Notes: generated from the sequence alone by a model not told the origin. A stretch of 64,000 nt of DNA from an uncultured Clostridium sp. (GCA_946500615.1 CAMMWP010000002.1:109124-173123), one strand, 5' to 3'. Counted from the first letter of the stretch, positions 38,310 through 48,853 are shown. Made by a program: numbers and translations.

Positions 38310-38433
38310 ATTAAACATAGGGCATTATCATGGAGATACAGAAAAAGTAAAATTTCAAGATGTTGTTATGAACAATTTAGGGGATTATAAGTTTCCAATA
38401 CTAAAATGTGATGATTTTGGTCATATTGTTTAA
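38296..38433 (+). pseudogene. possible remnant of an S66 LD-carboxypeptidase C-terminus (45 codons)
   Basis: MLASKLNIGHYHGDTEKVKFQDVVMNNLGDYKFPILKCDDFGHIV resembles the ...evv...lg...iPvl...dfGH tail of S66 enzymes, but stops before the final conserved block. Confidence 0.3.
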
Positions 38434-38549
38434 TAAAGTTCTAAAATTTTAGTAGAATATTGAAATTTTAGAACTTTTATTTTTTATAGGCACACATTTT
38501 ATGTAAAGAAAACATAAAATATAACAAAAACATAAAAGGAGGAGAAAAC

Positions 38550-39812
38550 ATGTCTAGCTACATAATACAAGGAGGAAATAGGCTAGAAGGAAATGTAAAG
38601 ATATCTGGATCTAAAAATTCTAGTTTACCAATAATTGCAGCAACCATATTAAATGGTGGAGAAACGACTTTATATAATGTACCCAATATTCATGATACAC
38701 AAATGATGTTTGAAATTTTAAAGAAAATAGGAGGAAAAGTAACCAAAAAGAAGAACAAAGTCATTATTAACACAAAAGATATAAACAAATATGAAATTCC
38801 AGAAGATTTAATGAGACAAATGCGTTCTTCTGTGATTTTTGCGGGAAGTCTATTAGGAAAATATAGAAAATGTACATTATCTTATCCGGGTGGATGTGAT
38901 ATTGGAACAAGACCAATCGATTTACATTTAAAAGCATTTGAAAAATTAGGAATAAATATTGATAAAAACTATGGAAAAATAGCATGCAGTTGTGATAAAA
39001 TAAATGGAGAAAAAATTGACTTTGAATTTCCAAGTGTAGGAGCAACTGAAAACGCCATACTAGCCAGCTGTTTAGGAGAAGGAACAACAACAATAACCAA
39101 TGCTGCAAGAGAGCCAGAAATAATAGACTTACAGAACTTCTTAAACAAGATGGGAGCAAAAATAAAAGGAGCGGGATCGAATAAAATAGAAGTCATAGGG
39201 GTAAAAAAATTAAAAGATGTCAGTTATAACATTATGCCAGACAGAATTGAAACAGGAACATTTTTATGTATGGCGGCTATGACAAATGGAAATTTAATTT
39301 TAGAAAATATTAACCAAACACACATTGTACCAATTGTCAACAAGTTAGAAGAATGTGGTTGTAAAATAGGCATTCAAGCAAATACATTAGAAATCAATGC
39401 ACCAAAACGATTAAAAGCAACAGATATTAAAACAATGCCATATCCGGGATTCCCAACAGACATGCAATCTATATTTGCGACAGCATTAACCATTGCAAAA
39501 GGAACCTCAGTCATTGTAGAAAATATATTTGAGAATAGATATAAATATACACAAGAATTAATTCGAATGGGAGCCAAAATAACAATAGAAGGAAGAACGG
39601 CAATTATCAAAGGGGTTAGGAGACTATATCGTGCAAATGTAAAAGCAACAGACTTAAGAGGGGGAGCTGCTCTGGTTATGGCAGCATTATCCACAAAAGG
39701 AGAAACAAAAGTGGAAAATATCGAATATATTTTAAGAGGATATGACAATTTTGAAAATAAAATACAAAATATTGGTGGAAATATCATAAGACATATAGAC
39801 TACAATTCATAG
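38550..39812 (+). CDS. murA: UDP-N-acetylglucosamine 1-carboxyvinyltransferase
   Basis: KISGSKNSSLP; active-site Cys in YPGGCDIGTRPIDLH. Confidence 0.93.
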   Translation: MSSYIIQGGNRLEGNVKISGSKNSSLPIIAATILNGGETTLYNVPNIHDTQMMFEILKKIGGKVTKKKNKVIINTKDINKYEIPEDLMRQMRSSVIFAGSLLGKYRKCTLSYPGGCDIGTRPIDLHLKAFEKLGINIDKNYGKIACSCDKINGEKIDFEFPSVGATENAILASCLGEGTTTITNAAREPEIIDLQNFLNKMGAKIKGAGSNKIEVIGVKKLKDVSYNIMPDRIETGTFLCMAAMTNGNLILENINQTHIVPIVNKLEECGCKIGIQANTLEINAPKRLKATDIKTMPYPGFPTDMQSIFATALTIAKGTSVIVENIFENRYKYTQELIRMGAKITIEGRTAIIKGVRRLYRANVKATDLRGGAALVMAALSTKGETKVENIEYILRGYDNFENKIQNIGGNIIRHIDYNS

Positions 39813-39975
39813 AAAATAAAAAGAAAAAATAAACTAGGGCATGAAATGAATTGAAAAAAATAGACAATCATGCCCTTAACTTTACATAGGAAACACCATG
39901 TAACTTTTTGCTTTGTAATGCAAAGTGAAAATATTTATTTAACAGTTAATTTTCTAAAGAAGAGGAGGAAACAAA

Positions 39976-40983
39976 TTGAAACAAAAGGCTCCAAAAGAAC
40001 AAGAAGTAAATTTATATTATTTTGATAATGGACAAGAACCAAAAGAAACAATAGACGAAATGATGAAAAGAAAGAAAATAAAAGAAAGAGAAAAGAGAAT
40101 AGAACAAAGAAAAAAAGAAGATGTAGAGGATCAATTTGACTTTGATACAGAAACCGTTATCGGAATGACCAATAAAAACAAAATAAAACAACAAGAACAT
40201 AAAAAAAAGGAATTTGAAAAACAGCAAAGAAAAAGAAATAAAACAATAAAAAGAATAAAAAGAATTACCAAAATGATCATATTATTAGGTATTATAATAG
40301 GAGCAATTGTATTTGCAACATGTTCACCAATATTTAATATACAAACGATAGAAGTATTAAACAATAAAAGAGTACCAGCAGAGACGGTAATTAGCTTATC
40401 AGAAATCAGCAAAAATGAAAATATCTTTCGTTTCATAGCAACAAAAACTATCAATAAGATAAAACAAAATGCCTATATAGAAGATGTGAAAATAAAAAGA
40501 GTCATTCCCAATAAAATACAAATAGAAGTAACTGAAAGAGAGCCAAAATATAGTATACCAGTTTTAGGAGAATTTGGTTATATAAGTACACAAGGATATA
40601 TATTAGAGATCAGTCAAAATGAATTAAACTTACCAGTAATTTATGGAATGCAAACAAAAGAAGAAGACATTGTTGCTGGAAAGAGAATAAATGAAGAAGA
40701 TTTGAAAGAATTAGAAACCATATTAAAAATAACAAGTGCAATTGAAGATGCAGGTTTATATAACAAACTTACTAATATTGACATAAGTAATAAAAATGAT
40801 TATAGTATATATATGCAAGAAGAGAAAAAGATTATACACTTAGGAGATGCATCGAATTTAAGTAATAAAATGTTATATATAGTAACCATTATAGAGCAAG
40901 AGAAAGAAAGAGAAGGAGACATCTTTGCAAATGGAGATTTAAATAGTAATTTTAAAGTATATTTCAGAGAAAAATTAACATAA
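39976..40983 (+). CDS. ftsQ: cell division protein FtsQ/DivIB (TM plus POTRA) with a long K/E-rich N-terminal tail
   Basis: TM IILLGIIIGAIVFATC, POTRA-like IQTIEVLNNKRVPAETV, position upstream of ftsA. Confidence 0.8.
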   Translation: MKQKAPKEQEVNLYYFDNGQEPKETIDEMMKRKKIKEREKRIEQRKKEDVEDQFDFDTETVIGMTNKNKIKQQEHKKKEFEKQQRKRNKTIKRIKRITKMIILLGIIIGAIVFATCSPIFNIQTIEVLNNKRVPAETVISLSEISKNENIFRFIATKTINKIKQNAYIEDVKIKRVIPNKIQIEVTEREPKYSIPVLGEFGYISTQGYILEISQNELNLPVIYGMQTKEEDIVAGKRINEEDLKELETILKITSAIEDAGLYNKLTNIDISNKNDYSIYMQEEKKIIHLGDASNLSNKMLYIVTIIEQEKEREGDIFANGDLNSNFKVYFREKLT

Positions 40984-40995
40984 AGAGGTGAGAAA

Positions 40996-41715
40996 ATGAC
41001 CAATAAAAAAGTGATAAGTATCATTTTAGGAATCATGTGTTTTGCACTAACATTAGGAATATGTATACAGATAAAGACCATAAAAAGTACCAATTCTACA
41101 ATAAGCCAAAATCAAGAGGCAAATGATCTAAGAGATGAAATATTAAAATATAAAGAAAAATATGATAATCGTTTTAAAGAATTAGAAGAAGCTGAAAAAC
41201 AACTAGAAACAGAAAGAGAAGAAGCAACGCAAAATAATTCAGAATTAGAAAATGCACAACAAGAAATAACCAAAGGAAACAAAATAACTGGAATGACAGA
41301 AGTAACAGGACCGGGAGTGGTGATTACACTAACAGATGGAAAAGGAATAGCGACATCTACATTAAACCCAAGCCAATTAATTGTCCATGATTTAGATGTC
41401 TTAAGTGTGGTAAATGAATTGATTAATGCAGGGGCAGAAGCCATCTCTATTAATGAACAAAGATGGGTTTTAACAACAGCCATATCATGTAGAGGAAATA
41501 CAATAGACATTAATGGAGAAAGAATAGGAGCACCATTTGTTATAAAAGCAATTGGTTTACCAGAATATTTAGCAGGACTAGAAAGAGTAGGAGGATACCT
41601 AGAATATATGAAAGAAGATGGTGTTGGTGTAAAATTAGAAAAAACGAACCATGTAACCATACCAAAATATTCGGGTGTTATTAAATTTGAATATTTGCAA
41701 AATGTAGGAGAATAG
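40996..41715 (+). CDS. DUF881-family division/sporulation-associated membrane protein (YlxW/YlxX-like)
   Basis: N-terminal TM, coiled coil, MTEVTGPGVVITLTDG block. Confidence 0.75.
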   Translation: MTNKKVISIILGIMCFALTLGICIQIKTIKSTNSTISQNQEANDLRDEILKYKEKYDNRFKELEEAEKQLETEREEATQNNSELENAQQEITKGNKITGMTEVTGPGVVITLTDGKGIATSTLNPSQLIVHDLDVLSVVNELINAGAEAISINEQRWVLTTAISCRGNTIDINGERIGAPFVIKAIGLPEYLAGLERVGGYLEYMKEDGVGVKLEKTNHVTIPKYSGVIKFEYLQNVGE

Positions 41716-41725
41716 GAGGATTGCT

Positions 41726-42418
41726 ATGAAAAAAGGTAAAATAGCAATGACAATTACAATGGGCATTGCATGTTTTGCATTAGTTACAGTCATGATGATG
41801 CAATTTAAAGTTGTCAATGAAACAGATATAACAGAGATTGAAAACATGCAAGAAGCAGAATTAAAAACAGAGCTAGCGAATTGGAAAACAAGATATGAAC
41901 AAATCAATGATCAATATGAAGAAACAACAAAAAAGATAGAAGAATACAAAGGTGATGAAGCATCAAATCACGAAGCAAGTCAATTACTTAAAGAAGAATT
42001 AGAACAAACAAATACATTATTAGGATTAACAGACGTTCATGGAGAAGGGATTGTGATAACCTTAAAAAGTGGAGAAGGAATCACTGCCATTAGTGCTGAT
42101 GATTTATTAATTATTGTAAATGCGTTAAAATTTGCAGGAGCAGAAGCAATAGCCATTAATGATGAGAGAATCGTTAATACAACAGATATTGTAGATATTT
42201 TAGACGGTTCATTTATAAAAATTAATGGAAAAAGAATATTAGAACCATATGTCATAAAAGTAATAGGAAACCAATCGCATATGGAAAGCGCCGTGACAGG
42301 AAATGGTGGTAAAGTAGAAGAATTACAGACATTAGGGCATATAATAACGATTGAAAAAGATAAGGACATAACGATTGGAAAATATAATGGAGAAATTGAA
42401 ACCAAATATATAGAATAG
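41726..42418 (+). CDS. DUF881-family membrane protein, second paralog
   Basis: Same architecture; LTDVHGEGIVITLKSG block. Confidence 0.75.
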   Translation: MKKGKIAMTITMGIACFALVTVMMMQFKVVNETDITEIENMQEAELKTELANWKTRYEQINDQYEETTKKIEEYKGDEASNHEASQLLKEELEQTNTLLGLTDVHGEGIVITLKSGEGITAISADDLLIIVNALKFAGAEAIAINDERIVNTTDIVDILDGSFIKINGKRILEPYVIKVIGNQSHMESAVTGNGGKVEELQTLGHIITIEKDKDITIGKYNGEIETKYIE

Positions 42419-42430
42419 GGGGAAAATAAC

Positions 42431-42796
42431 ATGATATTTATAGCAATACTAATTGGATGTATATTAGGAGCAATCTTGGGATTGAATGCACCAATCATTT
42501 CATATACATATTCTAGTTATTTAGCAATTGCTATCATAGCAGCTTTAGATTCAGTTTTTGGAGGAATTGCATCTGTCATAAAAAAGAATTTTGATTTAAA
42601 AATATTTATATCAGGTTTTTTCGGAAATGCCATTTTAGCAATTTTGCTAACCATTTTAGGGCAAAAATTGAATGTAGACATTTACTTAGCAGCGATTGTT
42701 GTTTTTGTATGGAGAATGTTTATGAATTTGGGAATTATCAGACGATATTATGTGGAAAAATGGACAGAGCGTATAAAAGAAAAATATAAAAAATAA
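42431..42796 (+). CDS. sbp: small basic protein Sbp (DUF1290)
   Basis: 121-aa multi-TM protein in the conserved position between the DUF881 pair and ftsA. Confidence 0.7.
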   Translation: MIFIAILIGCILGAILGLNAPIISYTYSSYLAIAIIAALDSVFGGIASVIKKNFDLKIFISGFFGNAILAILLTILGQKLNVDIYLAAIVVFVWRMFMNLGIIRRYYVEKWTERIKEKYKK

Positions 42797-42933
42797 ATCA
42801 AAAAAAAAGTTTTTTAGTATTACAACATTATTGCAAAAATATTACAAAAATATTACAATTGCTATTGACTTTTTTTTTAAAATGTAATATATATACACAT
42901 AGAAAAAATATACTAATAAATGGAGGAATTAAC

Positions 42934-44163
42934 TTGGCGATAGGTGATATCATAGTGGGTATTGACATAGGTACAAGTAAAGTTTGCACTGTTGTAGGAG
43001 AAGTAAATAACTTTGGTCAAATCGAAATTATCAGCAATACCTCATATAAATGTAGTGGACTAAAAAAATGCAAAATTATAAATGAAGATGAAATAAGTTT
43101 AAGTATAGCCAAAACAATAAAAGATGCTGAAGAAGAAACAAATTTAAAAATTAATTCAGCATATGTGACCATTCCGGGACAATATGTAACGATTGTACAA
43201 AACATGATAACAAAAGATGTAAAAGATAAGTATTCCGGAATAGCTGTTAGAGATGTACAAAATGCCATTATGCAAGTAAAAGACATAGAAATACCTGACG
43301 GAAAAACATTGATAGATATTGTTCCAGATAAAATTACTTTAGATAATGGAACAGTTGTCACAGACCCAGTAGGAAACTTAAGCTCAAATTTTTCAATCAG
43401 TGCACAAATTATATTAGCAGATAAAGAGTATGTTAGACAATTACATAATATATTTAAAAAGGCAGGTTTAGAAATTGACGGAATTGTGCCAACCACATTG
43501 GCTGAAAGAAATTTAATATTAGATAGTAATGAATTACATGACAATATTATGCTTTTAGATATAGGAGCAGGAAGCATTGATATAGGTGTTTTCGAAAGTA
43601 GTAGTTTTATATATACAAATTCAATTCCTCTAGGTGGAGATAATATTACAAACGATATCGCTTTAGTACTAAATATATCAGAAGAGGAAGCAGATAAACT
43701 AAAAAGACAATATGGATTAGCATTAAAATCATTTATTGATAATGATAATGATATTATCTTAAATACATCAAAAGATGAGAACAAAAATAGAATTATAAAA
43801 AGTTCTGAACTAATTGAAATTATTGAAGCAAGAATAGAAGAAATGTTTTCAATTATTAACAAAGATATAACAAATAACGGATTAAAACATAAAATAAACA
43901 ATGTTATTTTAACAGGACAAGGTATTATAAATATTAATAAAAGTGATGTAGCAGGAAAAATCAATTTGAATATTCCTGTAAAAATTTCAACAGGAAGAGC
44001 CATTAGTACTGTTAAACCAGCATATAGGACAAGTTATGCACTAGTTAGATATATAGCAGCAAGACCATTTGCAAAAACTGTTTCAAGTAGCATAGATACA
44101 CAAAATAATGAAAATGTATTTAAAACAATCTTAGAAAAAATTAAAGAATTTTTCTATACATAA
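42934..44163 (+). CDS. ftsA: cell division protein FtsA
   Basis: VGIDIGTSKV, DIGAGSIDIGV and a C-terminal amphipathic helix. TTG 42934 with SD GGAGGA is preferred over the track start 42859. Confidence 0.9.
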   Translation: MAIGDIIVGIDIGTSKVCTVVGEVNNFGQIEIISNTSYKCSGLKKCKIINEDEISLSIAKTIKDAEEETNLKINSAYVTIPGQYVTIVQNMITKDVKDKYSGIAVRDVQNAIMQVKDIEIPDGKTLIDIVPDKITLDNGTVVTDPVGNLSSNFSISAQIILADKEYVRQLHNIFKKAGLEIDGIVPTTLAERNLILDSNELHDNIMLLDIGAGSIDIGVFESSSFIYTNSIPLGGDNITNDIALVLNISEEEADKLKRQYGLALKSFIDNDNDIILNTSKDENKNRIIKSSELIEIIEARIEEMFSIINKDITNNGLKHKINNVILTGQGIININKSDVAGKINLNIPVKISTGRAISTVKPAYRTSYALVRYIAARPFAKTVSSSIDTQNNENVFKTILEKIKEFFYT

Positions 44164-44208
44164 GATATTAATTTTAAAATATATAAAAGATAAGGGAGGA
44201 AAAACTAA

Positions 44209-45330
44209 ATGATGGATTACAATGAGGATAATAATATTACAATGATGGATGGAACAGCAACAATAAAGGTAATAGGTGTTGGAGGAGCAGGAAATAATGC
44301 TGTCAATAGAATGATAGATGCAGGAATTAAAGGTGTAGATTTTATTGCTGTTAATACAGATAGACAAGCTCTTCAAACTTCAAAAGCAAATACAAAAATT
44401 CAAATAGGAGAAAAAATCACAAGAGGATTAGGAGCAGGTGCCAATCCAGATATTGGTGCACAATCAGCAGAAGAAAGTAAAGGCGAGTTAGCAGAAGTTT
44501 TAAGAGGTGCAGACATGGTATTTGTTACAGCTGGAATGGGTGGAGGAACAGGTACAGGAGCAGCACCTGTTGTTGCACAAGCTGCAAAAGAAATGGGAAT
44601 TTTAACCATTGGTGTTGTTACAAAACCATTTACATTTGAAGGAAAGAAAAGACTTTCACAAGCAGAAAGAGGAATAGAAAGCTTAAAAGGAAAAGTAGAT
44701 ACATTGGTAGTCATACCAAATGATAAATTACTACAAATCATTGATAGAAAAACATCTATTATAGAAGCTTTCAAAATGGCAGATGATGTGTTAAGACAAG
44801 GTGTACAAGGTATATCAGACTTAATAGCAATACCGGGACTTGTAAACCTAGACTTTGCCGATGTAAAAACCATCATGCTAAATCAAGGTATGGCACATAT
44901 GGGTGTTGGTAGAGCTGGAGGAGAAAATAGAGCAGAAGATGCAGCCAAAGAAGCAATCCAAAGTCCATTACTAGAAACATCAATTGAAGGAGCAAAAGGT
45001 GTCATTATTAACATTACTGGTGGAGAAGACTTAGGATTACATGAAGTAAACACAGCAGCAGAATTAGTTCAACGCAGTGTTGATCCAGAAGCAAATATTA
45101 TCTTTGGTACAGTAACAGATCCTAGCATGGAAGACGAAATTCAAATTACAGTTATTGCAACAGGATTTGAAAAAAATGAGCCTATATCAAGTATCGGAGT
45201 AGACAATATTGTTTCAAAAACTTGGGAAAAGAAAATAAATTCTATTCCAGCAAGTTCAGAAGTGAATAATTCACAAAATGATTTAGATATTCCATCTTTC
45301 TTAAGAAAGAATAAAAATAAAAATATGTAA
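44209..45330 (+). CDS. ftsZ: cell division GTPase FtsZ
   Basis: [11 protein letters not shown] tubulin signature, NTDRQAL, C-terminal DIPSFLRK peptide. Confidence 0.97.
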   Translation: MMDYNEDNNITMMDGTATIKVIGVGGAGNNAVNRMIDAGIKGVDFIAVNTDRQALQTSKANTKIQIGEKITRGLGAGANPDIGAQSAEESKGELAEVLRGADMVFVTAGMGGGTGTGAAPVVAQAAKEMGILTIGVVTKPFTFEGKKRLSQAERGIESLKGKVDTLVVIPNDKLLQIIDRKTSIIEAFKMADDVLRQGVQGISDLIAIPGLVNLDFADVKTIMLNQGMAHMGVGRAGGENRAEDAAKEAIQSPLLETSIEGAKGVIINITGGEDLGLHEVNTAAELVQRSVDPEANIIFGTVTDPSMEDEIQITVIATGFEKNEPISSIGVDNIVSKTWEKKINSIPASSEVNNSQNDLDIPSFLRKNKNKNM

Positions 45331-45492
45331 CTTCATAAATATATATGAATGAATAAAATCAAATCAAATAGAAAAAACTCTATAACAAAAAGAAGTAATC
45401 GAATTTTATCGATTATTTCTTTTTTTTTACAATAAGAAAGGACAGCTTTTTCAAAATATAAATAGTAGAATAGATAAGCAGGTGATTATCTG

Positions 45493-46377
45493 ATGACAAT
45501 ATATATAGATGTTGTATTCATTGAAAATTTATTAATGAATTATATTATATTATTTGCAACCACAGTCGTTCTAAAATTAAAAACCAAACATATGCGATGT
45601 TTATTAGCAAGCCTAATCGGTGCAATCTATACAATATTGGCCTATATTTCAAGATTACAAATATATTCTAATTTTTTTCTGAAATTGCTATTATCGTTTA
45701 TCATGATATATATAGCACTAAATCCGAAAAATATAAAGCAATTATTCAAATATACACTGATATTTTATTTAACTTCTTTTGTATTTGGTGGAGCTGCTTT
45801 TGCATTAATCTACATAGTAAAGCCACAAGAATTGTTAAGAAATAATGGGCTGATATTAAACAGTAATTCATTAAAAATTATATTTATATCTGCTATTGTT
45901 GCATTTATGATTATAACAATTGCATTTAAAATTGTGAAAAATAAAATATCTGCTAAAGACATGTACTGTAATATACTTGTAAAACTAAATGATAAAGAAA
46001 TAGAAGCAAAAGCGATGATTGACACAGGAAATTTTTTAAAAGAACCAATTACCAATACACCTGTTATTGTTGTAGAACATACACTTTTGTATGACTGTAT
46101 ACCAAAAGAAATATTAAACCATCTAGAAAATATTTTAGGAGGTGATTTTAGTGAAATACCTGATAAAATTAGAGATGAATATGTTTCAAGACTAAAAGTC
46201 ATTCCATTTTCATCATTAGGTAAACAAAACGGCATGTTATTAGGTATAAAAGCAGAAAAAGTAACCATAAAAAATGAAGATGAGGAAAAAGATATCAATA
46301 ATGTGATTATAGGTATATATAATAAATCATTAACCAAAAGAGGGGAATATAGAGCATTGTTAGGGGTTTATAGGTAA
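45493..46377 (+). CDS. spoIIGA: sigma-E processing peptidase SpoIIGA
   Basis: Five N-terminal TM segments; aspartic protease motif MIDTGNFL; immediately upstream of sigE. Confidence 0.88.
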   Translation: MTIYIDVVFIENLLMNYIILFATTVVLKLKTKHMRCLLASLIGAIYTILAYISRLQIYSNFFLKLLLSFIMIYIALNPKNIKQLFKYTLIFYLTSFVFGGAAFALIYIVKPQELLRNNGLILNSNSLKIIFISAIVAFMIITIAFKIVKNKISAKDMYCNILVKLNDKEIEAKAMIDTGNFLKEPITNTPVIVVEHTLLYDCIPKEILNHLENILGGDFSEIPDKIRDEYVSRLKVIPFSSLGKQNGMLLGIKAEKVTIKNEDEEKDINNVIIGIYNKSLTKRGEYRALLGVYR

Positions 46378-46460
46378 AACCTTATTGAAAAAATCTAAAT
46401 ATATAAAACAAGGAGAAATAATCCAATCAGCTCTAACATGATATAAGAATTGGATTATGC

Positions 46461-47207
46461 GTGGGTAAAATGAAAATTATTGATTTTGTAAAAAATAGTA
46501 TACATACAATTTGTGCAAAATATTTGAATGATAATGACGAAATAGAATATTTGCCAATATTTTATATTGCAGGTAGTCAAACACTTCCACCACCACTACC
46601 GCCAGAGGAAGAAGAGTATTATATAAAAAAGTTATCAGAAGAAAATAATTTAGAAGCAAGACAAATTTTAGTAGAAAGAAATTTAAGATTAGTGGTATAT
46701 ATAGCCAAAAAATTTGAAAATACAGGAATAGGAATTGAAGACTTGATATCAATAGGAACAATAGGACTAATGAAAGGAGTCAACACATTTAATAATGAGA
46801 AGAAAATAAAATTGGCGACATATGCTTCTAGATGTATAGAAAATGAAATTTTAATGCACTTGCGAAAAAGTAATAAAATTAAAGGAGAAATTTCAATAGA
46901 TGAACCATTAAATAAAGATGGAGATGGAAATGAATTATTACTTTCAGATATATTGGGAACAGAACCAGATGTTACTTCAAGAAATTTGGAAGATGAAGTG
47001 GATAAAACCTTGCTTCGAGCTGCTGTATTAAAATTAAATGACAGAGAAAAAAATATTATGGAAATGCGTTTTGGATTTCAAACTGGAAAGGAAAAAACAC
47101 AAAAAGAAGTGGCAGATGAATTAGGCATTTCTCAAAGTTATATTTCAAGATTAGAAAAGAAAATTATTAATAAAATGAAAAAAGATATTGTAAGTAAGAT
47201 TGGATAA
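46461..47207 (+). CDS. sigE: RNA polymerase sporulation sigma factor E (pro-sigma-E)
   Basis: Pro-sequence followed by [12 protein letters not shown]; regions 2-4 ([25 protein letters not shown]). Start is 46461 or 46470. Confidence 0.92.
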   Translation: MGKMKIIDFVKNSIHTICAKYLNDNDEIEYLPIFYIAGSQTLPPPLPPEEEEYYIKKLSEENNLEARQILVERNLRLVVYIAKKFENTGIGIEDLISIGTIGLMKGVNTFNNEKKIKLATYASRCIENEILMHLRKSNKIKGEISIDEPLNKDGDGNELLLSDILGTEPDVTSRNLEDEVDKTLLRAAVLKLNDREKNIMEMRFGFQTGKEKTQKEVADELGISQSYISRLEKKIINKMKKDIVSKIG

Positions 47208-47495
47208 CAAATATAATAGATTTTATGTATACGAAGCAAATCACTTAAATTATGAAATTCTATAAAACGAATAGAAATCTCTTTTTGGGAAATACTGATA
47301 ATAAGTATTTTTTACATTATAGGAAACAGTATTTCCTATAATGTAAAAAAACAAAATTGTACGGAAAAATTGCTTTACAATTTTTCGCACGACAAATCTT
47401 ATACGCTTCTTGATAGACCTTAAATTAATATAGTAAATATTAAAAAATAGAAAAAGGTCTAATGAAGCTAGATTTGTCCAAAGGAGGTTTTCTTT

Positions 47496-48269
47496 TTGCT
47501 AAATAAAGTTGAAATCTGTGGAGTCAATACATCTAATTTGCCATTATTAAGTAAAGAAGAAAAAGAAACACTTTTTGTAAAAATAAAAGCAGGAGACGAA
47601 GAAGCAAGAAATACATTTATCAATGGGAATTTGAGATTAGTATTAAGTGTTATACAACGCTTTTACGGAAGAGGAGAAAATGCAGACGATTTATTTCAAG
47701 TAGGATGTGTAGGACTAATAAAAGCAATTGACAATTTTGATTTAAGTCAAAATGTACAATTTAGTACCTATGCAGTACCAATGATAATAGGAGAAGTCAA
47801 AAGATATCTAAGAGACAATAATAGTATTAGAGTTAGTAGGTCAGTCAGAGACTTAGCTTACAAAGTGATACAATTTAAAGAACGATATACAAAGGAACAT
47901 GGAAAAGAGCCTAATATAGAAGAAATAGCAAAAGAGCTAGAGGTAGAAAAAGAAGATATTGCTTTTAGTTTAGATGCTATACAAGATCCTGTATCTCTAC
48001 AAGAGCCAATATATAATGATGGAGCAGATAGTATCTATATTATGGACCAAGTAAAAGACAGCAAAAATACAGATGAACTATGGGCAGAAAAGATAACGAT
48101 AAAAGGAGCTATGGAAAAACTAAATGAAAAAGAAAGAATGATTATCAATAAACGATTTTTTGATGGGAGAACACAAATGGAAGTAGCAGAAGAAATTGGT
48201 ATATCACAAGCACAAGTGTCTAGGCTAGAAAAAACAGCAATACAACATATCAAAAGATTGTACCGTTAG
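47496..48269 (+). CDS. sigG: RNA polymerase sporulation sigma factor G
   Basis: VEICGVNTSNLPLL N-terminus, GNLRLVLSVIQRF, FSTYAVPMIIGEVKRYLRD; SD AAAGGAGG. Confidence 0.92.
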   Translation: MLNKVEICGVNTSNLPLLSKEEKETLFVKIKAGDEEARNTFINGNLRLVLSVIQRFYGRGENADDLFQVGCVGLIKAIDNFDLSQNVQFSTYAVPMIIGEVKRYLRDNNSIRVSRSVRDLAYKVIQFKERYTKEHGKEPNIEEIAKELEVEKEDIAFSLDAIQDPVSLQEPIYNDGADSIYIMDQVKDSKNTDELWAEKITIKGAMEKLNEKERMIINKRFFDGRTQMEVAEEIGISQAQVSRLEKTAIQHIKRLYR

Positions 48270-48313
48270 GGACGTGCCAAATCGGTCAAAAAGTGGACAA
48301 AAGGGACACATCC
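48268..48313 (+). repeat. Family D GGGAC-rich unit, copy D1 (overlaps the sigG stop)
   Basis: AGGGACGTGCCAAATCGGTCAAAAAGTGGACAAAAGGGACACATCC. Confidence 0.6.
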
Positions 48314-48426
48314 AATATAGGGATGTTCCTTTTTGATGTTATAGGAACACTATATCTGATGACAATTTTTGTGATTTTGTGAATATACTATAAATAATAA
48401 ATTCTAACAAATAGGAGGAATTTGAA

Positions 48427-48663
48427 ATGCAAGAAAAAGGATTGGATTTTAAACATAAAGAAGTTATTAATATTAATGATGGAAAAAGACTTGGATATGT
48501 ACAAGATGTATGTGCAGATTTGGAAACAGGCAATATCACACATATCATTGTACCGGGTTCTGGAAATAAGTTAATGAATATTTTTAAAACCAATAATGAA
48601 ATATCTATTCCATGGAAAAATGTAAAATGCATAGGAGAAGATTTGATTTTAGTAGAATTGTGA
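48427..48663 (+). CDS. ymxH: YlmC/YmxH-family PRC-barrel sporulation protein
   Basis: KEVININDGKRLGYVQDVCADLETGNITHIIVPG; conserved position after sigG. Confidence 0.85.
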   Translation: MQEKGLDFKHKEVININDGKRLGYVQDVCADLETGNITHIIVPGSGNKLMNIFKTNNEISIPWKNVKCIGEDLILVEL

Positions 48664-48668
48664 GCATT

Positions 48669-48787
48669 AGGGACGTGTCCAATCGGTCCCTAAATAGCCA
48701 AAAGAGACAGACCTTACAATAATATTATGAAATTGTTATTAAGGTCTGTCCCTTTTGAACAAAAAATGTCCATTTTGGCATGTCCCC
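48669..48787. repeat. inverted pair of family D units (D2 and D3) forming a 119-bp palindromic structure
   Basis: D2 at 48669-48716 and inverted D3 at 48740-48787. Inner arms AGACAGACCTTA / TAAGGTCTGTC form a hairpin followed by a T-run. Confidence 0.65.
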
Positions 48788-48853
48788 ATTGATTTTTTTC
48801 AATATTTACAGTATAATGCTAATATCGTATATATAAAGAAGGGAAGAATTTGA

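Noticed and set aside
43017-44003. Long antisense ORFs in the track: 328 aa opposite ftsA, 198 aa opposite ftsW (18335-18931), 182 aa opposite DUF881 (41112-41660), 175 aa opposite spoIIGA (45810-46337), 158 aa opposite ftsZ (44400-44876), 155 aa opposite mraZ (10389-10856)
   Set aside because: Each lies fully inside a confidently recognised gene on the other strand. Their composition is skewed (I/F/S/L-rich), as expected from antisense reading of AT-rich coding DNA. They show no SD or motif support.
47309-47349. 18-bp perfect inverted repeat between sigE and sigG as a rho-independent terminator
   Set aside because: The T-run lies 5' of the stem and the A-run 3' on both strands, so there is no U-tail after the hairpin in either direction. 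Its function is unclear, and it is not called as a terminator.
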